From Candidatus Falkowbacteria bacterium (GTDB lineage Bacteria; Patescibacteriota; Patescibacteriia; Patescibacteriales; UBA12075), in the NCBI GenBank assembly GCA_030600505.1, contig JAUVLY010000001.1, positions 1 to 35,687 on the forward strand: DNA of 35,687 nt. The letters are read 5' to 3'. The notes under the pieces were generated by a model. It did not search any database. It worked only from the letters and a program-made list of their open reading frames with translations, and was not told the origin of the DNA. Every line of letters starts with the position of its first letter. Position 1 is the first letter of the stretch. Both the position numbers and the translations under genes were made by a program. Below, piece after piece: positions 15,450 to 24,984 of this stretch.

Positions 15450-16415
15450 ATGATTATTCGTTTGCTTGTCGGATTATTAATTGAAGCTGTTTTATTATGG
15501 CTTTTTTTTGGTTTTGAATATGTACGAATGTCTTTAGTGGCCTCTTTTGGCGTTTTAACAGTTGTTTATATCGCCATTGCCTATGCCCTGGGCTGGATAG
15601 TAGTTCGCGCTTTGGAAAAAGTAATGGTTAAAACCTGGGGAGTAGGTAAAATCGAGCGCAGCCTTAATTTTTTGATTGTTTTAGCTGTCCTGGTTTGGCT
15701 CATTTCCTGGTACGCGTTGCGTGGATTGCCCGATTCCAATACGATTCAGCCGGTAATAAATACCGCGCCAATACAGACCAAGACCGAGCGCGCGCCTTTT
15801 ACTTTTAATTATCGCGATACTGATTACCGGGTAGTACCCTTGGCCGATTATCAGTTGCCAGGCCTGATTGTCACACATAATAATATTAATGCCTGGTATA
15901 ATTATTATCATGATAAGGATTCGGTTAATTTAAAAGATATTTGTGTAATTTGGGGAGACAACACCGCGGATAATGTTTATCAGCAGATGAAATTCAAAAG
16001 CGGGGAGTGGACTTGCTATTTTGAATCTTGGGACTCTGATACCTGGCGTGTTTTTGATCCAAACAAGCTTTCCAACAATCATCTTTTAGCTAAAGATTTA
16101 AGCCTGCAAAAAAAGATTAGGAATTTGAATATTGGCGATCAGGTTTATCTGGAGGGGATGTTGGTTAGCTATGGCAAAACCGGTTTAGAAGAAAAGTATT
16201 ATCGTGCCAGCTCCATGTCTAGGACAGACAAGGGTAATCATTCCTGTGAAACTTTTTTTGTGGAAAAGTTAGAGATTATTAAGGCTGGCAAACCGAATTG
16301 GCACATAGCTAAAGAAATGAGCAAATATTTATTTTTATTTATAATTATATTAAAGATATTACTGTTTTTTATAAGCCATCGTAAGGTATTGTTTTCTAGA
16401 AAAACCAATTATTAA
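15450..16415 (+). CDS. Hypothetical membrane protein with an extracytoplasmic domain
   Basis: Three N-terminal TM segments, a soluble domain (SNNHL) and a C-terminal TM; ATG 4 nt after the ZIP stop. Confidence 0.75.
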   Translation: MIIRLLVGLLIEAVLLWLFFGFEYVRMSLVASFGVLTVVYIAIAYALGWIVVRALEKVMVKTWGVGKIERSLNFLIVLAVLVWLISWYALRGLPDSNTIQPVINTAPIQTKTERAPFTFNYRDTDYRVVPLADYQLPGLIVTHNNINAWYNYYHDKDSVNLKDICVIWGDNTADNVYQQMKFKSGEWTCYFESWDSDTWRVFDPNKLSNNHLLAKDLSLQKKIRNLNIGDQVYLEGMLVSYGKTGLEEKYYRASSMSRTDKGNHSCETFFVEKLEIIKAGKPNWHIAKEMSKYLFLFIIILKILLFFISHRKVLFSRKTNY

Positions 16416-16490
16416 ATAAATAATAATAAAAAAACTAGCCTATGGGTGTGGATTTACCCATAGGCTTTTCTATTTGGCCAATTTATTTTT

Positions 16491-16694
16491 TTATATCTGG
16501 GCCGGTTCGTATTTTTCCCAAAAATCAGACCAGGAAAGCGTTATTTCTTCAGCATCTTCAATTAGTTCCTCTATTATATTGCAGGGTTTTAAAAAGACGA
16601 CCTTGCCGCCATTACTTGGGTGCATAAGCAGCAAAACATAGAGCGGCCAATCTTTTACCTTTAGCCTTCTAGAAAAAAGAACATGTTTACCCAT
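16491..16694 (-). CDS. Small hypothetical protein
   Basis: Strong SD AAGGAGG before the ATG; shares a convergent hairpin at ~16437-16467. Confidence 0.6.
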   Translation of the reverse strand: MGKHVLFSRRLKVKDWPLYVLLLMHPSNGGKVVFLKPCNIIEELIEDAEEITLSWSDFWEKYEPAQI

Positions 16695-16964
16695 TAGAAC
16701 CTCCTTATTGTTTGATAATTAATGTTTGTTTTAATAATAGTTAATTTAAGCACAATTTTTTGGTTTTAGCAAGCCTTATCTTTCCCGGGCAGGGGAGATA
16801 GGGTATAATAGGAATTACAACTGAATATAGGGGCCTACGCTTGTGGATAAGTGCTAGGTAAGTTTGTTGTTGGCTAAAAATTGTAATAATTAACAAAAAT
16901 ATCACTTAATAATTGGTTAGAAATTAGCCAATTTTTTTTATTTTTTAAATATAATTATAATAAT

Positions 16965-16993
16965 TTGAAAAAATAGGCTGTTTATACTATAAT
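16965..16993 (+). promoter_or_regulatory. Sigma70-type promoter upstream of the 17163 gene
   Basis: TTGAAA-17-TATAAT. Confidence 0.6.
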
Positions 16994-17043
16994 AATAGTA
17001 ATACTATAGCACTATAGCATTATGGTGTTATGGGGGCGAAGAA

Positions 17044-17096
17044 ACGTGGTTTGACCTATCGGTCAAAGCGGCACTACGAATGCCGCACATGCGAAT
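17044..17096 (+). repeat. Two-hairpin structured element, copy 2
   Basis: ACGT-gg-TTTGACC(TATC)GGTCAAA-GCGGCA(CTACGAA)TGCCGC-ACAT-GCGAAT. Confidence 0.8.
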
Positions 17097-17162
17097 AAAT
17101 AATAAAAAACAAAAAGAACATAAAAACCAAAAAAACTTAATTAAATAATTCGCCAGCTCCCC

Positions 17163-18203
17163 ATGCTAGGATCAGCAAAATTAAGGAATTTTGGTGTTGG
17201 TTTTTTAATAGTCGTTTTACTATTAACGTTTTTTAATATTCCAACAAGTATCGCGGCTTATTCCAATGTATCTGATACGATCTCTGATTCCCGGGTTTCT
17301 GTTTCTGCCAGCCATGTTATAACTTTTACTACGGCCAGTGATATTGGCGCTAATGGTTATTATGAAATTACCATGGCCCCGGAATACGGCGATATTAAAG
17401 AGGCCTCGTGTTCCGGGCCAAACGTTACCGTCTCTACCACTACCGAAACCGTGCGCTGTACTTATAGTATTTCACCCGGTGCCGCCACTACCACCACGAT
17501 TTATGTTGATAATGTTAGCAATCCTTCCGCAACTGGCCGCTACAATGTTTTAATTGGCTCATATGACTCTGGTGATACCGATCTGGAGCACGGCGACGCG
17601 GCGGTTTATATAACAGACGCGCTTGAAGTCTCAGCCTGGATCGGCAGCATTTTGAATTTTGAAATGACAAACGAGAATGTGAGCGAGGTTAATGGCGTAA
17701 CCATTACCGGCTCATCAACGCTTGATACCCTGCCTTTTAACGAATTAAATATCAGTGCATCTTCTACTTTGGCTCAGACTTTAACTATGCAGACCAATGC
17801 CAAGAACGGTTTTTCCTGTACCGTGCAGCAGGATCAGGAATTAACCAACCAATCAAATCATACGATTAACAGCTTTGATAATTCGCCGGATGGGACCGGC
17901 TCTTCCACGTCTCCGCATACTTGGAATGCACCAACAGGAGAATTAAACGCCTATCATACCTATGGCCACCTGGGTTTAACGACCGATGATTCCAGTCTAA
18001 GTTCTTTGGATTTTAGCGGTTCAAAATATGCCGGCTTAAACGGCACAGAGCCTTTAGAGGTTTTTTATAATAATGGGCCGGTAATTCATCCGGTCATTGG
18101 CTCGGGCAAAGCCCATATTGCCTATACAATTGAGATTTCCGCCCTGCAGGAGGAAGGCGTATATAATTCAAATTTAACTTATGTTTGTACCGGGAATTAT
18201 TAA
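17163..18203 (+). CDS. Secreted Ser/Thr-rich beta protein (putative surface protein)
   Basis: Signal peptide; C-terminal TNAKNGFS...G.YNSNLTYVCTG resembles WxL/pilin-like ends. Confidence 0.75.
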   Translation: MLGSAKLRNFGVGFLIVVLLLTFFNIPTSIAAYSNVSDTISDSRVSVSASHVITFTTASDIGANGYYEITMAPEYGDIKEASCSGPNVTVSTTTETVRCTYSISPGAATTTTIYVDNVSNPSATGRYNVLIGSYDSGDTDLEHGDAAVYITDALEVSAWIGSILNFEMTNENVSEVNGVTITGSSTLDTLPFNELNISASSTLAQTLTMQTNAKNGFSCTVQQDQELTNQSNHTINSFDNSPDGTGSSTSPHTWNAPTGELNAYHTYGHLGLTTDDSSLSSLDFSGSKYAGLNGTEPLEVFYNNGPVIHPVIGSGKAHIAYTIEISALQEEGVYNSNLTYVCTGNY

Positions 18204-18210
18204 CATAAAT

Positions 18211-18280
18211 ACCCTCACCCCCCGGCCCCCTCTCCTAATTAGGAGAGGGGGAGGCGAGCGTAGCGAGCGGGGGAGAGGGT
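18211..18280. repeat. GC-rich palindromic repeat (CCCTCACCCC..CCCTCTCC family)
   Basis: Terminal inverted repeat ACCCTCACCCC/GGGGAGAGGGT; inner CCCCCTCTCCT-AATT-AGGAGAGGGGG. Confidence 0.75.
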
Positions 18281-18648
18281 AAAATAATAAAAATAAATAT
18301 GAAAAAAACACTAAATTTTAGAAAATTATTTAAGCGTCGTCGGCGGCTTAACCCCCGTGTCCATGCTGGTCATTTGTTTACGGATGTAGGCAAATATAGC
18401 TCAAGTGTTAAGTCGAATAAAAAAGTCTTCATTCGAATTTAAATATTAATAATAAAATTCGCATCCTGTTTTCTATTTTCTATTTTCTGCTTTCTTTAAT
18501 GTTGATATAAAAATAAATTTATATAAAGCCCGAGATAAGAAGCTCAGACAAATGATTTATTTTAGAATAAAATATTAAAACAAAAATAAAGACCTAAATA
18601 AAAATAAATATTAAAGGCCTGGTTTTTTGTCATTTAAACCAGGCCTTT

Positions 18649-18701
18649 ATGTTATTTTTGCTAGCGCAAAAAGCCGCACTACAAATGCGGCACATACGAA
18701 T
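18649..18701 (+). repeat. Two-hairpin structured element, copy 3
   Basis: ATGT-ta-TTTTTGC(TAGC)GCAAAAA-GCCGCA(CTACAAA)TGCGGC-ACAT-ACGAAT. Confidence 0.85.
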
Positions 18702-18784
18702 TTAGACTTTAAACACCCTAAGCTCTTTGGCACGGGAGACGGTAATAACTACTTGTAGTGCAGTGTAGTAAATTATATTTATTT

Positions 18785-18835
18785 ATTCGCATGACCCGCA
18801 TTTGTAGTTGCGGGATGTGCGAAGCACGATGACAT
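18785..18835 (-). repeat. Two-hairpin structured element, copy 5 (inverted, more diverged)
   Basis: Minus strand: ATGT-catc-GTGC(TTC)GCAC-at-CCCGCA(ACTACAAA)TGCGGG-TCAT-GCGAAT. Confidence 0.7.
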
Positions 18836-18880
18836 AAAGTTGGCTGAAATGGCGGTTTTAGGTTATAATATATTATAGTT

Positions 18881-20863
18881 ATGGATAGTGGATTAAAAGA
18901 AACAAATAATCGGTTTAAACACATCCCGGCTATGGATTCAGGGGAATTTCAGGCATTTTTAAATAATAGTGATGATATTATTATTGCCACTGACCCGGAC
19001 GGGACGATCAAGTTTGCCAATTTAAAGGCTAGGCGGATGCTTGGGTATTTGGCCTATGAGCTGGAAGATAAAAAAATAATAAATATTGTTAAGGATGATC
19101 ATGGGTCATACGCCGAGGAGGTAGTGGCCAAGGCGCGGCGCGGCCAAATAGTAAAGGATATTAAGCTGATATTGGTTGGCAAGCAGGGTCAGAAGATCAT
19201 GGTCGAAGGATCGCTTACTCCCTTATTTGAACACCGGGAATGTACTTCTCTTTGGGCCAAGTTCACGACTGTTACGCCGGACGCTAGTACGGACAAGGAG
19301 ATAAAGAAGCTGCGGCAGAAGCGTTTTGAATTAGAGGCATTAAAGTCATTATCTGACCGTTTAACCAATATTTTTGACTTAAGGGAAGCGATCAAAACCA
19401 TTAATAATTATTTGTCCGAAGTGCTTGAATATAGTTCAGCAGCGTATTTAATATTCAGCCCCGAGCATGATGATGGTTATGTGTTTATAAATTATCTTAA
19501 AGATAAGGTGGGCAAGAAGTACATTGAGGCAGTTAAAAAAGACATCAGCAGTCATTTGACAAATGAGAGGCACAAGGAAATCAAACAGATAATGGACAAG
19601 TTTACGGATATTAAGCCCGAGATACACGGGTCCAGGCTGGATTCCGGGAGCAGAAGCGTTCCCCGCTCGCAAGTAATTTTTCCCCTTAAGCTGGGGGCTG
19701 CTACCTTGGGTTTAATCCACATTTCTTCGAGTAAGCCAAATCGCTATTTGGGCGGCACCAATTGGCTGACCGATGCGATGGTCGTTACCTTTGTTCTTTT
19801 TGTGGTTCGTTTACAGATGGTGCTTCGGGCCCAGCGCAGCCGGACCGAGACCCTGGTGCGTAGTTTGTCGGACGGTATTATTATGTTTAATGACCAGCTA
19901 AATATAACTTTAATGAACGAACAGGGCCAGGAGTTTACCGGTCTGGATCCGAATCTGGCTTCGCTTAGGGATTTTTTTGCCTTATTCCCAAAAGCGAACC
20001 TGGAGTCTAAGACCACTAAGATGCTGGTGAGCGGCAAGACCGTACATGTTGATAATGTTCATTTAAGAAGTAGGCATTATGAGATTTTTTTTACTCCGGT
20101 TAAAGATAACCAGGGCAAAGTAGTTAATGGCGCTATTGTTCTTCACGATATCACCCGCCTAAAAGAGATTGACCAGATGAAGACCGATTTTGTTTATATT
20201 GCTTCGCACCAGCTCCGTACCCCGCTTACCGGAATAAAGTGGTTTATTAAATTGCTTGAAAAGGAGATCATTAAGAACGGCCAAGTTACTACCAGAGAAA
20301 AAGAATGCCTGGAACAGATTACCTTATCCAATAACATTGTTATTAAGCTGGTTAATGACCTTCTTAATGTCAGCCGGATAGAGACCGGTCATAAGTTTAA
20401 GATCGAGAAAACAAGTTTTGACTTTTCCGTGCTAATGAAAGAGATATTAAAAGACAATGTTGTTGGTATGGAAGAAAATAATATTACTGTTAAAGTTAAG
20501 TGCCAGCCAGCTAAGCTTAGACTCAGGGCCGACCGAACCAAGGTTAGGCAAGTAATTCATAATTTAATTACCAATGGGGTAAAATATTCTCTGTCCGGCG
20601 GCACAGTATTGGTTAATGCTAAAGCAGATAAAAAGCAAGTTATAATTAGCGTGAAAGATTCAGGCATTGGCATCCCCAAAAATCAGCAGCAGGATATTTT
20701 TTCTAAATTTTTTCGGGCCGACAACGCCAGTGCCAAGGGCTTGCCGGGCAGCGGCCTAGGGCTCTATATGGCCAAAGCGGTTGTAGAGGCCCATGGCGGT
20801 AAAATGAGCTTTAAATCCATTCTCAATAAGGGCACTATTTTTACCTTTACCTTACCAAGATAA
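18881..20863 (+). CDS. Cytoplasmic sensor histidine kinase (PAS, GAF-like, PAS, HisKA, HATPase)
   Basis: H-box ASHQLRTPLT, N-box NLITNGVKYS, G1 DSGIGI, F-box FSKFFRA, G2 GSGLGLY; PAS motifs; no N-terminal TM. Confidence 0.93.
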   Translation: MDSGLKETNNRFKHIPAMDSGEFQAFLNNSDDIIIATDPDGTIKFANLKARRMLGYLAYELEDKKIINIVKDDHGSYAEEVVAKARRGQIVKDIKLILVGKQGQKIMVEGSLTPLFEHRECTSLWAKFTTVTPDASTDKEIKKLRQKRFELEALKSLSDRLTNIFDLREAIKTINNYLSEVLEYSSAAYLIFSPEHDDGYVFINYLKDKVGKKYIEAVKKDISSHLTNERHKEIKQIMDKFTDIKPEIHGSRLDSGSRSVPRSQVIFPLKLGAATLGLIHISSSKPNRYLGGTNWLTDAMVVTFVLFVVRLQMVLRAQRSRTETLVRSLSDGIIMFNDQLNITLMNEQGQEFTGLDPNLASLRDFFALFPKANLESKTTKMLVSGKTVHVDNVHLRSRHYEIFFTPVKDNQGKVVNGAIVLHDITRLKEIDQMKTDFVYIASHQLRTPLTGIKWFIKLLEKEIIKNGQVTTREKECLEQITLSNNIVIKLVNDLLNVSRIETGHKFKIEKTSFDFSVLMKEILKDNVVGMEENNITVKVKCQPAKLRLRADRTKVRQVIHNLITNGVKYSLSGGTVLVNAKADKKQVIISVKDSGIGIPKNQQQDIFSKFFRADNASAKGLPGSGLGLYMAKAVVEAHGGKMSFKSILNKGTIFTFTLPR

Positions 20864-20998
20864 ATAACTATTTTATTGTTGTTCATTTTTTGATATAATA
20901 AATTAAGAATAACCTTATAAAGGCGTGTAGGGCAATATTTAAGGTTAAATTTTCATAAATTGGTAATAAATCAATATTGAATAATTATAAAGATATAT

Positions 20999-21367
20999 AT
21001 GGCTAAAAAAATACTTGTTGTGGAAGACGTTAGTTTTCTACAAAACGCGATAAAAATGGTTTTGGAAGATGCCGGCTATGAGGTTTTGACCGCTTCGGAC
21101 GGATTGAAGGGGCTTAACGCCGCGACTACCAAAAAGCCGGATTTAATTCTCCTCGATATTATGATGCCCAAAATGGACGGTATGACCATGCTTAAAAAAT
21201 TGCGCCAGCATCCGAACGGCAAAAGAGTGCCGGTAATTATTCTTACCAATTTAAGCAGTGAGGAAAAGCTGATAGAAGCTAACAAAGAAGGTGTAACCGA
21301 TTATTTTATTAAGAGTGACTGGGAAATTGAGGAGTTGCCGGAATTGGTAGAGAATAAATTAGGATAA
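20999..21367 (+). CDS. Single-domain response regulator (receiver only)
   Basis: ILVVED, PDLILLDIMMPKMDG, PVIILTN and YFIK. Confidence 0.95.
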   Translation: MAKKILVVEDVSFLQNAIKMVLEDAGYEVLTASDGLKGLNAATTKKPDLILLDIMMPKMDGMTMLKKLRQHPNGKRVPVIILTNLSSEEKLIEANKEGVTDYFIKSDWEIEELPELVENKLG

Positions 21368-21400
21368 TTAAATATAACCCGAACAAAAAAGGAGGATAGA

Positions 21401-21574
21401 ATGTCGAAAACACCATTTAATTATTTACGTGATTGTGCTACTGGTGAAGATGAGGTAAAAATAATATATAATGGATCAGGGAAGGATAATCAAGACAAGC
21501 AACTAAAACCATTCATGCCTGGGCCGGACGGTAAACATCCAATTACGGCAAAACCGAACGATGAACCTTCTTAA
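21401..21574 (+). CDS. Small hypothetical protein (57 aa, below the ORF-track cutoff)
   Basis: SD AAGGAGG, then MSKTPFNYLRDCATGEDEVK...DEPS*; terminator at ~21596-21635. Confidence 0.55.
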   Translation: MSKTPFNYLRDCATGEDEVKIIYNGSGKDNQDKQLKPFMPGPDGKHPITAKPNDEPS

Positions 21575-21707
21575 AGGGAGTGATTTTTTTCTCGAAAGAT
21601 ATAAGCTTAAGAAAAGCGAGCTTATATCTTTTTTTATGTTATTTTTTCTAATTTAAAGGAGTTATTGAACATTAAGCTTATTTAAGCTACAATGTAAATA
21701 TAATAAT

Positions 21708-22436
21708 ATGGTTGACAAACAGGGGTTAAAAATTGTATGGCTGTTAATTTTTTGCTTTAGCCTGGCTGGACTCAGTTCAGGGTGTATTCAACGAAAAACA
21801 ACTACCATTGCGCAGGAAGATGAATGGGAAAAAGAGGTTCTTTATGCCCGGGAATGCGGTATGGACGGCCTGCCCTGCTGCCAGAATAAAGACCAGCCAT
21901 GTTTATACGCCCAGCTATGTTGCACGGATCCAAACAATCCGGATCGAAATCATTGCAGGGATGAGTGCGAGTGTGGAGTTAAAGGCGCTTTTTGTTGCGC
22001 TAGCGATCCAGAGTGCGGTGATGGCTTAGCTTGTTTTGCCGGCTATTGCGTAGAGTGTGGGGGGATCAGCGACCCTTGTTGCGACACGGGCCTGGCCTGC
22101 GGCGGGGATTTGGTTTGTAATAAAGAGATTTGTACGGTTTGCGGCAACCCAGGCAACCCTTGCTGTACTAGCGGTATTGCTTGCAATAATCAGGAAAAAC
22201 GTGACTCTAGCCGCACCGAATGCCGCAGTGGGGCATGTATTTATTGCGGCGCTAACTCCAAGATAGCCTGTCAATTTGAGCCGGTTTGCGCGCCGGCGCA
22301 TTTACTTAATAATAATTTTTGTTACCCTTGCGGCGGGCCGAATCAGCCCTGTTGTAATGAATCGTCTGGAGTTGACTATGATTGCAATAAGGTCTTAGAG
22401 TTAGTTTGTGAATTGGGGTTCTGCACCAAGAAATAA
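21708..22436 (+). CDS. Cysteine-rich repeat lipoprotein
   Basis: Lipobox-like LSSGC; 38 Cys; six CG-x5-CC-x5-C-x5-C-x4-C-type modules. Confidence 0.8.
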   Translation: MVDKQGLKIVWLLIFCFSLAGLSSGCIQRKTTTIAQEDEWEKEVLYARECGMDGLPCCQNKDQPCLYAQLCCTDPNNPDRNHCRDECECGVKGAFCCASDPECGDGLACFAGYCVECGGISDPCCDTGLACGGDLVCNKEICTVCGNPGNPCCTSGIACNNQEKRDSSRTECRSGACIYCGANSKIACQFEPVCAPAHLLNNNFCYPCGGPNQPCCNESSGVDYDCNKVLELVCELGFCTKK

Positions 22437-22537
22437 GAAAAATAAGATAAATAATAAAAAATAAGATAAATAAGAAAAATAAGATATAATTTTGCTTATA
22501 AATCATATTTTTCTTTTTATACTTATTTATCTTTTTA
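22431..22537. repeat. 9-mer periodic inverted array (AAATAAGAW ... WTCWTATTT)
   Basis: Six 9-nt units followed by degenerate reverse complements; same family as 33702-33790. Confidence 0.65.
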
Positions 22538-22543
22538 TAAATT

Positions 22544-22771
22544 ATGATTTCATTATTCAAGGAGATTAATAAAAAGTTCAATGGCTTAATTTGGTCACTT
22601 ATTTCTACCGGCGTGATTTTACTTTTACTGTCGGTTTTGATAGTTTGGACCGATTTTATGCTTAGATTGGTGTTTGGCTTGATTGTGTTGGTAATCGCCT
22701 ATGTCTTTCTTTACGGCGCTTACAAAATTCACGCGTTTAAAAAAGACATTGAGAGACATTTTAAATTATAA
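22544..22771 (+). CDS. Small 2-TM membrane protein
   Basis: Two hydrophobic helices; lies within a run of plus-strand genes. Confidence 0.7.
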   Translation: MISLFKEINKKFNGLIWSLISTGVILLLLSVLIVWTDFMLRLVFGLIVLVIAYVFLYGAYKIHAFKKDIERHFKL

Positions 22772-22856
22772 TAGACAACAGAAAACAGACAACAGAAAAC
22801 AGACCCAAAATTTTATTTATGTTGTCACATTTTTGACTTCTATTTATTAGATTATT

Positions 22857-23318
22857 ATGAAAAAAATATTAATTGTATCTTTTTTTGCGATTATACTATT
22901 TTCAGCTTGTAGCAAACAGCCCAACATGGACGAGCAAGCGGATGATGGGAAATATCATTATCGCAATAATGAACTTGGTTTTAGTATTGATTTTCCCGAG
23001 GAATTTGTTTATTACCAAACCCAACGAAAAAATTATCAAGAATATGTTGTTATGGAATATTTTGTGCCGACTAATGATGTCGATTATCCTATGGATGTGC
23101 CCAGTTATGCCAAGCCGGTTGAAGTGCGGATATTTTTGAGTGAAAATTGGGAGGAGATATTGGAGGGGGAGATAAGCGGTGCAGAATATATTAAGCTGGG
23201 CGAGAAAGACGGGCAAATTTATACTATTAAATTCTGGGAGCGTATTCCCAGTGATTGGACCCAGCGCTGGAATGATGAGCTTAAACAAGAGATAATTGAT
23301 TCATTCGAAATAAAATAA
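22857..23318 (+). CDS. Hypothetical lipoprotein (PsbP-like fold possible)
   Basis: MKK..FSAC lipobox; YRNNELGFSIDFP and IIDSFEI motifs. Confidence 0.75.
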   Translation: MKKILIVSFFAIILFSACSKQPNMDEQADDGKYHYRNNELGFSIDFPEEFVYYQTQRKNYQEYVVMEYFVPTNDVDYPMDVPSYAKPVEVRIFLSENWEEILEGEISGAEYIKLGEKDGQIYTIKFWERIPSDWTQRWNDELKQEIIDSFEIK

Positions 23319-23319
23319 T

Positions 23320-24984
23320 ATGGTTAATCCAATTCTTACAAAAAAAGAAGACAATCCGGTTTCTACACCCAGCAAAAACGCCAAGCGGCTTTTTCAGGCG
23401 GTTTATTACGCGCAAAATCCACCGGCTAAAGAGCAAAAAGATATTCCGCGGCTTTCGGTTTCCTCCGTGGTTTCAAAAATGGCGTTTTATTACGAGAAGA
23501 TCCGTAATACGGTTGAGTATAAAGAAGAGCATTTACTTAGAAAAAACGCGATTGAACGCATTTTGAAAAGGCAAATTGTAATTGAAGGCGCCATTAGCCC
23601 GGGGGCAAAGGGCGCGGAAATTGCCGAGCATTTACTGACCGAGCTGATTCGGGCGGGGTATTTACCGAATAATACTATTCCGGAAACAAAGATCAGTGAA
23701 TTCGGCCAGGTGATTGATAAGTATATATCGCTCAGGCGCTACGCGGTCGAAGACTATAAGTCATTGCAAATTAAAGAGCGTAACGCGCTAACCAATTGGA
23801 TCATGGCTTTGGCGGCCAGCGATATGGAGGAGCGCTTGGGGCGCAGCCAGGTTGATTTAGTAGTTATTGACTATATGTACCAGACCCTGCTTGACGATAT
23901 CAGCCTGGAGGATGCCCTTGAGTACGAGATTGACCGGGAGATTCAGATATTTGTCGCCATTCATCGCTCATACCTTAAATTTGACAGGGAGATGCTAAGT
24001 TTTATTTTGTTAAAATATTTTCATCCCAATTGGCTTAAAGCCAATGAAGAAGAAATCGCTGATGTCGGGAAAAACATTCTGGCTATTAAAAAATCAATTG
24101 AAGGTCAAATTGACCACCCTTTGACGCCTCAGCTTAATCGGATTGTCAGCCGCTATACCGTATTTTTTCAAATTTTAAATGACGTAATCGCGAATAATCC
24201 GGTTAAGGTTTATGAAGGTTTTTTTAAAGATCCGGTGGCCTTCTCTCGCATGATCAAGCAGGCGGCCGGTAAAAAGTACCACGATGCCAAGTCCAAGCTG
24301 TGGCGGGCGGCTGTCAGAAGTATCCTTTATATTTTTATTACTAAATCATTTTTTGCTTTTATTTTGGAGATTCCGGCTACCCGTTGGTTTGGTGAAGAGA
24401 TCAATCCAATATCTTTGTTTATTAATGTAACCTTTCCGGCGGTTTTACTTTTCTTAATTGTATTATTCTCCCGTATGCCGAGTGAAGATAATTCACTAAA
24501 GATCATTGAAGGGATTAAGGAAATAGTGTTTGAAGAAAACCAAAGAAAAGAGCCCCACCGCTTGCGCCAGCCGGCTAAGCGCAGTGCGTTTTCCAATTCA
24601 ATGTTTGGGATAATTTACGCGATTACTTTTTTCCTGTCTTTTGGCGCGGTTGTCTGGGTCTTAAACGCGATTCATTTTAGCGTTGTTTCAATAATAATTT
24701 TCCTTTTCTTCCTGGCCTTGGTCAGTTTCTTTTCCATCCGTATCCACAAGAACGCCAAAGAGCTCTTAATATTACCACCCAAGGAAAATGTATTTAGTTT
24801 TATCGCGGATTTTTTCTACGTCCCGATTGTTAGCGCCGGTAAATGGTTAAGCGAGAATTTCTCTAAGGTTAATGTCTTTGTTTTTGTCCTTGATTTTATT
24901 ATTGAAGCGCCATTCAAGGTGTTTGTTGCCATTACCGAAGAATGGACCAGGTATGTTAAGGAAAGGAAAGATGAGATAGTTTAA
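23320..24984 (+). CDS. Hypothetical protein with C-terminal TM helices
   Basis: 554-aa ORF; helical soluble N-terminus and ~4-5 hydrophobic segments; starts 1 nt after the upstream stop. Confidence 0.8.
   Translation: MVNPILTKKEDNPVSTPSKNAKRLFQAVYYAQNPPAKEQKDIPRLSVSSVVSKMAFYYEKIRNTVEYKEEHLLRKNAIERILKRQIVIEGAISPGAKGAEIAEHLLTELIRAGYLPNNTIPETKISEFGQVIDKYISLRRYAVEDYKSLQIKERNALTNWIMALAASDMEERLGRSQVDLVVIDYMYQTLLDDISLEDALEYEIDREIQIFVAIHRSYLKFDREMLSFILLKYFHPNWLKANEEEIADVGKNILAIKKSIEGQIDHPLTPQLNRIVSRYTVFFQILNDVIANNPVKVYEGFFKDPVAFSRMIKQAAGKKYHDAKSKLWRAAVRSILYIFITKSFFAFILEIPATRWFGEEINPISLFINVTFPAVLLFLIVLFSRMPSEDNSLKIIEGIKEIVFEENQRKEPHRLRQPAKRSAFSNSMFGIIYAITFFLSFGAVVWVLNAIHFSVVSIIIFLFFLALVSFFSIRIHKNAKELLILPPKENVFSFIADFFYVPIVSAGKWLSENFSKVNVFVFVLDFIIEAPFKVFVAITEEWTRYVKERKDEIV

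Noticed and set aside
16842..16850. Perfect DnaA box (TGTGGATAA) suggesting oriC
   Set aside because: I saw only one box, with no cluster and no dnaA/dnaN nearby.
18299..18442. 47-aa basic ORF (MKKTLNFRKLFKRRRR...)
   Set aside because: It has no SD or recognisable motif; it may be real but cannot be supported from sequence alone.
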